64,000 nt of DNA. Origin: Dromaius novaehollandiae (Eukaryota). The DNA lies in assembly GCF_036370855.1 (NCBI RefSeq), contig NC_088128.1, positions 356,899 to 420,898 on the forward strand, read 5' to 3'. Below, one piece after another: positions 57,590-64,000 of this stretch; within the stretch, counting starts at the first letter, position 1; each line of letters opens with the position of its first letter. A program made the translations under genes and the position numbers. The notes beneath the pieces are model-generated. The model was not told where the DNA came from. It did no database searches and saw nothing but the letters and a program-made list of their open reading frames with translations.

Positions 57590-59040
57590 ACCCAAATCTG
57601 GGTGTTTTTGCCTCAGGGTGACGCCCAGCGGGTGCCACCTCCCCGTCAGCCATTTTGTCCTCCTCAAATCTGGGTGTTTTCACCTCAGGTTGACGCCCAG
57701 TGGGTGCTGCCACCCATCACCCTTCGTTTCCCACCCAAATCTGGATATTTTTGCTTCAGGGTGCCACCCAGCGGGTGCCACCGCCCCATCAGCCATTTTG
57801 TCCCCTCAAAGCTGGGTGTTTTTACCTCAGGGTGACGCCCAGCGGGTGCCACCACCCCGTCAGCCATTTTGTTTCGCTCAAATCTGGGTGTTTTCACTTC
57901 AGGGTGACGCCCAGTGGGTGTTACCACCCCATCAGCCATTTTGTCTCCTCAGATCTGAGTGTTTTTGTCTCAGGGTGACACCCAGTTGGTGCCACCACCC
58001 TGTCAGCCATTTTGTCCCCCTTAAATCTGGGTGTTTTTACCTCAGGACGACACCCAGTGGGTGCTGCCACCCATCACCCTTCGTTTCCCCCCAAATCCAG
58101 GCTGTTTTCACCTCAGAGTGACACCCAGTGGGTGCCACCACCCTGTCAGCCATTTTGTCCCCCCAAATCTGTGCTTTTTCCACCCCGTCAGCCATTTTGT
58201 CCCCCTCAAATCTAGGTGTTTTCATCTCAGGGTGACACCCAGTGGGTGCTGCCACCCATCACCCTTCGTTTCCCATTTGAATCTGGGTGTTTTCACCTCA
58301 GGGTGACGCCCAGCGGGTGCCACCACCCTGTCAGCCATTTTGTCCCCCTCAAATCTGGGTGTTTTTACCTCAGGGTGACACCCAGCAGGTGCCACCACCC
58401 CATCAGCCATTTTGTCCCCCCAACCCGCACGTTTTCCACCCCGTCGGCCATTTTGTCCCCCCAAATCTGTGCGTTTTCCACCCTATCGGCCATTTTGTCC
58501 CCCAAACCCACACGTTTTCCACCCCGTCGGCCATTTTGTCCCCCAAACCTGTGTGTTTTCACCCCATCAGCCATTTTGTCCCCCAAACCCACACGTTTTC
58601 CACCCTGTCAGCCATTTTGTCCCCCAAATCCGTGCTTTTTCCACCCTGTCGGCCATTTTGTCCCCCAAACCTGCGCATTTTCCACCCCGTCGGCCATTTT
58701 GTCCCCCAAACCTGCGCATTTTCCACCCCGTCAGCCATTTTGTCCCCCCAACCCGCACGTTTTCCACCCCGTTGGCCATTTTGTCCCCCAAACCCACATG
58801 TTTTCCACCCTGTCAGCCATTGTGTCCCCCCAAACCCGTGCGTTTCTGCCCCGGGTGACCCCACAGCAGGTGCCACCATCTTGTCAGCCATTTTGTCCCC
58901 CAAATCCGTGCTTTTTCCACCCTGTCAACCATTTTGTCCCCCCAACCCGTGCGTTTTCCACCCCATCAGCCATTTGTCCCCCCAACCCACACGTTTTCCA
59001 CCCTGTCGGCCATTTTGTCCCCCAAACCCGCGCGTTCCCA
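57590..59040. repeat. About 59/118-bp minisatellite in KIF22 intron 4. Units carry CAGCCATTTTGTCC (YY1-like core) and acceptor-like TGTTTTTACCTCAG|GGTGAC.
   Basis: Direct reading. About 12 copies of 'atctgggtgtttt(t/c)acctcagggtgacgcccag'. Later copies read 'ccgtcggccattttgtcccccaaacc'. Confidence 0.9.
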
Positions 59041-59072
59041 CCCCGGCTGACCCCGTCCCCCACCCCGCGCAG

Positions 59073-59688
59073 CTCGTGGACCTGTTCGCCCCGCCGGGCC
59101 CCCCGCTACGCCTCCGCGACACCTCCCCGCCGGCGGTGCCGGGCTTGACCGAGGTGCCCGTGCGCGACGCCGCCGCCTTCGAGCGCCTCTTCGTCCCCGC
59201 CGCCCGCCGCCGCCGCCGCGCCGCCGCCACCCGCCTCAACGCCGCCTCCAGCCGGGGCCACGCGTTGCTGCTGCTCCGCCTGCGCCCCCCCGGCGTCACC
59301 TTGCTGCTGGGGGACCTGGCGGGCGCCGAGGACAACCGGCGCACGGGCAACGCCGGCCGGCGCCGCCTGCGCGAGAGCGGTGCCATCAACGCCTCCCTGG
59401 GGGCCTTGCGGCGGGTGGTGGCCGCCCTGGCGCGGGGTGACGGCCGCCGGCGGCGTCACCCGGTGCCGTACCGCGACAGTAAGTTGACGCGGGCGCTGCG
59501 CGACGCCCTGGGCGGCTCGGCCCGCGCTCTGCTGCTGGCCGCCGTGGCGCCGGGGCCCCGCGAGGCCGCCGCCGCTCGCGCCGCCCTCGACTTTGCCGCC
59601 GCTGCCGCCGGCGTCGTCAACCGCGACGTGGTGGTGGCTGCACCGCCGGAGCCACCGTCGGAGCCGGAGCCGGGTGACGGGGAGCAGG
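59073..59688 (+). CDS. KIF22: KIF22 large coding exon (switch I/II and neck): LVDLFAPPGPPLRLRDTSPPAVPGLTEVPVRDAAAFERLFVPAARRRRRAAATRLNAASSRGHALLLLRLRPPGVTLLLGDLAGAEDNRRTGNAGRRRLRESGAINASLGALRRVVAALARGDGRRRRHPVPYRDSKLTRALRDALGGSARALLLAAVAPGPREAAAARAALDFAAAAAGVVNRDVVVAAPPEPPSEPEPGDGEQ
   Basis: Acceptor ccgcgcag|CTC at 59071-59072. Kinesin signatures are present: SSRGH (SSRSH), DLAGAE (DLAGSE), VPYRDSKLTR. The first in-frame-compatible donor is CAGG|gtgagg at 59689. The same donor sequence is repeated about 14 times in the downstream array, so the 3' boundary could be a later copy. Confidence 0.75.
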
Positions 59689-59689
59689 G

Positions 59690-60560
59690 TGAGGCCAAAC
59701 GGGGACGTTGGGTGACGTTGGGGGACGTTGGGGGACATTGGGGACCACAGTGAGGCCAAGGGGGGGCGTTGGGGACCAGGGTGAGGTCACCGGGGGGACG
59801 TTGGGGGATGTTGGGGACAAGGGTGAGGCCAAGGGGAGACGTTGGGGACCAGGGTGAGGCCAAGGGGAGACGTTGGGGACCATGGTGAGGCCAAGTGGGG
59901 ACATTGGGGGACATTGAGGACAGGGATGAGGCCAAGGGGGGACGTTGCGGGACATTGGGGACAAGGATGAGGCCACCAGGAGGATGTTGGGGGACATTGG
60001 GGACCAGGGTGAGGCCAAGGGGAGGACATTGGGGACCACAGTGAGGCCAAGGGGAGACGCTGGGGACCAGGGTGAGGCCGAGCGGGGACATTGGGGGACG
60101 TTGGGGACCACAGTGAGGCCAAGGGGAGACGCTGGGGACCAGGGTGAGGCCAAGGGGGGACGTTGGAGACCAGGGGACATTGGGGACCAGGGTGAGGCCA
60201 CTGGGGAGACATTGGGAGATGTTGGGAGACATTGGGCGATGTTGGGGACAAGGATGAGGCGGGGGGGACACGTTGGGGGACATTGGGGACCAGGGTGAGG
60301 CCAAGGGGGATGTTGGGGACCAGGGTGAGGTCACCAGGGGGATGTTTGGAGATGTTGGGGGACGTTGGGGGACATTGGGGACCAGGATGAGGCCAAGCGA
60401 GGACATTGGGAGATGTTGGGGGACGTTGGGGACCGGGGTGAGGCCAAAGGGGGACATTGGGGACCCGGTGAGGACAGGGGGGCGCCGGGGACCTGTGGGG
60501 GTGACAAGGAGGGACATTGGGGACATGGGGGGACACTGGGGACACAGAGGGGACACTGGG
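59690..60560. repeat. About 60-bp minisatellite directly abutting KIF22 exon 5. It contains about 14 copies of that exon's donor context CCAGG|GTGAGGCCAAGG.
   Basis: Exon end 'ggagcagggtgaggccaaacgggg' versus repeats 'ggaccagggtgaggccaaggggagacgttgg'. Confidence 0.85.
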
Positions 60561-60600
60561 GGGACATTGGGGTCCCCTCACCCCCTCGCTCCCTCCGCAG

Positions 60601-60634
60601 GTGCCGCTGACGTCCCCGACACCCCGCAGGCCGG
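60601..60634 (+). CDS. KIF22: KIF22 small coding exon: (G)AADVPDTPQA(G)
   Basis: Acceptor ccctccgcag|GTG. Donor GG|gtaggc. Phase links exon 5 (phase 1) to the next exon. Weak conservation. Confidence 0.45.
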
Positions 60635-61273
60635 GTAGGCACCCATGGGTGGGGGGCCTGGGGGGTCCCCGGGGTGTCCCCAGGGTGCCCGAGGGGGGTT
60701 CCTAGGGTGGCACAGGGCCCCCAGAGTGTCCTCGAGGGTCCCTAGAGTGTCACAGGGTCCCCAGGGTGCTCCGGGGGGGTCCCTAGGGTGGCACAGGGTC
60801 CCCAGGGCGTCCCAGGGTGCTCTGGGGGGTCTCTAGGGTGTCAGAGGGTCCCCAGGGTGTCCCAGGGTGCCCTGGGGGGTCCCTAGGGTGGCAGAGGATC
60901 CCTGGGGGGGTCCCTAGGGTGGCGCAGGGTCCCCAGGGTGTCCCAGGGTGCCCTGGGGGGTCCCTAGGGTGGCAGAGGACCCCTGGGGGGGTCCCTAGGG
61001 TGGCGCAGGGTCCCCAGGGTGTCCCCATGGTGCCGGGGGGGGTCCCCAGGGTGTCCCCAGGATGCCCGGGGGGTCCCTAGGGTGTCCTGGGGTCTCTGGG
61101 GTGTCCCCAGGGTGCCTGGGGTGTTCTCTAGGGTGGCACGGGGTGCCCGGGGGGGTCCTGGGGGGTCCCTAGGGTGTCCTGGGGTCCCCGGGGTGCTTTG
61201 GGGGGTCCCTAGGGTGGCACAGGGTGCCCTGGGAGGTCCCCGGCTAACGGGTGCCCCCCCGCCGTGTCCCCAG

Positions 61274-61331
61274 GGCGCCGGCGTCCCCCTCGCTGCTGCG
61301 CCGCCTCGACGACGCCCAGGAGCTGCTGGAG
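61274..61331 (+). CDS. KIF22: KIF22 coding exon: (G)APASPSLLRRLDDAQELLE
   Basis: Acceptor gtccccag|G. Donor GAG|gtgagc. Resembles human 'DPAMLERLLSLDRLLAS'. Confidence 0.5.
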
Positions 61332-61888
61332 GTGAGCGCTGGCACCCGCGGGCGACGGGGACACCCATGGGTGCTGGGGACACCCGCAGGGGACCAGGGA
61401 CACCCTCGGGTGCTGGGGACACCCACCGGGTGCATGTGACACCCGCGGGCGAGGGGGACACCCATGGGTGCTGGGGACACCCACAGGTGCTGGTGACATC
61501 CACTGAGTGTTGGTGACACCCACGGGGGACCAGGGACACCCACGGGTGCCAGTGATACCCGTGGGGGACCAGGGACACCCGTGGGTGCCGTGACACCCAC
61601 CAGGTACCGGTGACACCAGTGGGTGGACAAATGATACCTGCCGGGTGGCAGTGACACCCATGGGTGACAAGGGACACCCACTGGGTGCTGGTGACACCCA
61701 CTGGGTGCCAGTGACACCCCTGGAGGGACAAGTGACACTCTCTGGGTGCCAGTGACACCCACCGGGCACTGGCAACACCCATGGGGGGACAAGTGACACC
61801 CACTGGGTGCCAGTGACACCCCTGGAGGGACAAGTGACACCCACCGGCTGCCGGTGACACCCATGGGTGCTCCCCTGCTCCTCCGCAG

Positions 61889-62023
61889 AAGCTGAAGGCC
61901 CGGCACCCGCCCACGCCGGCGGCACCCCGGGGGGCTCCCGGCACCCCGCCCCCCTCCCCGCCCCAGGGCCCAGGCGTCCGGGTGTCCCCGGCCGAGGCGC
62001 CCGTGGTGCTGCTGCGCAGGAAG
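61889..62023 (+). CDS. KIF22: KIF22 coding exon: KLKARHPPTPAAPRGAPGTPPPSPPQGPGVRVSPAEAPVVLLRRK
   Basis: Acceptor ctcctccgcag|AAG. Donor AAG|gtgggt. Phase 0 to 0. Basic and proline-rich linker. Weak conservation. Confidence 0.45.
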
Positions 62024-63212
62024 GTGGGTGCTGGCGGCGGCGGGGGGCACCCATGGGTGCTGGGGGGGCACCATGGGTGGTGGTGGGGGCACCCGTGGGT
62101 GCTGGGGGGGCACCATGGGTGATGGTGGGCACCCAAGGGTGGTGGTGGGGGCAGCCATGTTTGGGGGGTCACTCGTGGGTGCTGGTGGGGGGCACCCATG
62201 GGTCCTGGGGACAGCCGGGGTGCTAGTGGGGGGCACCCATGGGCACTGGGGACACCCAGGGGTGCTGGTGGAGACCCACGGGTGCTGGTGGGGGGCACCC
62301 ACAGGTGGTGGGGGGGCCCCATGGGCACTGGGGACACCCGTGGGTGCTGGTTGGGGTCACCTGTGGGCACTGGGGACACCCAGGAGCGGTGGTGGGGGGC
62401 ACCCATGGGTGCTGGTGGGGACCCATGGCTGGTGGGGGGGGCCCCCATGGGCACTGGGGACACCCTTGGGTGCTGGTGGGGACCTACGGGTGCTGGTTGG
62501 GGACACCTGTGGGTGGGGGGACCCATGGGTGCTGGTGGGGGGGCACCTGTGGGCCCTGGGGACACCCATGGGTGCTGGTGGGGACCCACAGGTGCTGGTT
62601 GGGGTCACCTGTGGGTGTTGGGGGGCCCCCATGGGCACTAGGGACACCCATGGGTGCTGGTTGGGGTCACCTGTGGGCACTGGGGACACCCAGGAGCGGT
62701 GGTGGGGGGCACCCATGGGTGCTGGTGGGAACCCATGGCTGGTGGGGGGGGCCCCCATGGGCACTGGGGACACCCATGGGTGCTGGTGGGGATCACCTGT
62801 GGGTGGGGGGACCCGTGGGTGCTGGTGGGGGGGCACCTATGGGCACTGGGGACACCCATGGGTGCTGGTGGGGACCTACAGGTGCTGGTTGGGGACACCC
62901 ATGGGTGTTGGGGGGCCCCCATGGGCACTGGGGACACCCATGGGTGCTGGTGGGGACCCACAGGTGCTGGTTGGGGTCACCTGTGGGCACTGGGGACACT
63001 CATGGGTGCTGGTGGGGACCCATGGGTGCTGGGGGGGGCACCTATGGGCCCTGGGGACACCCATGGGTGCTGGTGGGGACCCATGGGTGCTGGTGGGGGG
63101 GCACCTATGGGCCCTGGGGACACCCATGGGTGCTGGGGGGGGGTCACCTGTGGGTGGGGGCCCCCGTGGGTGCCGGGTAGCACCCATGGGTGCCACCACG
63201 GTGTCCCCGCAG

Positions 63213-63377
63213 GGCGGGGGGGGCTGGGAGGCGCGGCGTCGCCCCGAGCTGCTGGCGGCCGCCGGGCGCCGGGTGCTGCGGGGGCTCAACGGGGACCCGG
63301 GGGCCCTGCGGCGGGTGGGCACCCGCCGGGCCCGGCGCCTCCTGGCCTGGCGCCGCCACCGCGGCCCCTTCGCCCGC
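63213..63377 (+). CDS. KIF22: KIF22 coding exon (helix-hairpin-helix DNA-binding region): GGGWEARRRPELLAAAGRRVLRGLNGDPGALRRVGTRRARRLLAWRRHRGPFAR
   Basis: Acceptor gtccccgcag|GGC. Donor CGC|gtgagt. Matches human '[43 protein letters not shown]'. The gene continues past the window end. Confidence 0.7.
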
Positions 63378-64000
63378 GTGAGTGTCACCCGCGCGTGTCC
63401 CCCCGCGTCACCCCGCGTCACCCTACGTCGCCCCATGGGTTCCCTCGCGCACCCGTCACCTCCCCTGGTGGCACCCGTGGGTCCCTGCCACCTCCCTGTG
63501 TCACCTAAGTGTCACCTCTGGGTCCCCTGTCACCCCCCCATGTCACCTAGTGACACCCATGGGTCTCCTGTCACCCCCCCCGTGCCACCCATGGGACCCT
63601 CATAACCCCCCCGGGTCACCCCAGTGTCACCCTTGGGTCTCCTGTCACCCCCCCATGTCACCTAGTGCCACCCCTGGGTCCCCATCACCCCCCTTGTGTC
63701 ACCCCTGGGTCCCCTGACACCCCCCAGGTCACCTCAGTGTCACCCTTGGGTCTCCTGTCACCCCCCCATGTCACCTAGTGCCATGTGGGTTCCTGTCACC
63801 CCCCAGTGTCACCCAGTGTCACCCCTGGGTCTCCCATCACCCCCCAGTGCCACTCCTGGGCTCCCATCACCCCCCCGTCACCCAGTGTCACCTCTGGGTC
63901 CCCGTCACCCTCCCAGTGCCACCCTTGGGTCTCCATCACCCCCCAGTGCCACTCCTGGGCTCCCGTCACCCCCCCGTCACCCAGTGTCACCTATGGGTCC

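Larger units (their letters stand above)
60650..63200. repeat. KIF22 intronic minisatellites: (GGTCCCTAGGGTGGCACAGGGTCCCCAGGGTGTCCCAGGGTGC)n, (GTGACACCCACTGGGTGCCA)n, and (GGGCACCCATGGGTGCTGGTGG)n built on the 12-bp palindrome CACCCATGGGTG
   Basis: Direct reading of the sequence. Confidence 0.9.

Overview
This window is eukaryotic, very GC-rich and almost entirely tandem-repeat DNA. It reads like an avian or reptile microchromosome-type region, not a prokaryotic or viral sequence. Three protein-coding genes can be reconstructed by reading exons directly (GT/AG splice sites, phase continuity, recognisable protein motifs). (1) A TLC-domain gene of the FAM57/TLCD3 family lies on the + strand, with 5 coding exons from 3995 to 12256. 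It is most likely TLCD3B (FAM57B), given the neighbouring genes. (2) MVP (major vault protein) lies on the - strand, with 16 coding exons from the stop codon at 14274 up to about 45960. It has an AATAAA poly(A) signal at complement(14192..14197). Its initiator ATG is not resolved. (3) KIF22 (kinesin-like DNA-binding protein, Kid) lies on the + strand. It has a CCAAT-CCAAT-CHR promoter at about 55750-55860 and 8 coding exons from 57013 to 63377, and it continues beyond the window. The gene set matches the human 16p11.2 block (FAM57B / MVP / KIF22), but in a different order and without the intervening genes. Every intron and intergenic stretch is filled with minisatellite arrays with unit lengths of roughly 10 to 425 bp. 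Many arrays are built from transcription-factor motifs: GC boxes, CRE-like TGACATCA, YY1-like AAGATGGCGGCC, RFX X-box-like GTTGCCATGGCAAC, and NRF1 GCGCATGCGC. The most unusual observation is that several arrays sit directly beside exons and are made of duplicated exon-edge plus splice-site sequence. This occurs at the TLCD3B exon 3 donor, the MVP c2 donor, the MVP c12 acceptor and the KIF22 exon 5 donor. Each creates runs of cryptic splice sites. The long ORFs in the six-frame track are almost all repeat-derived low-complexity artefacts and are not called as genes.
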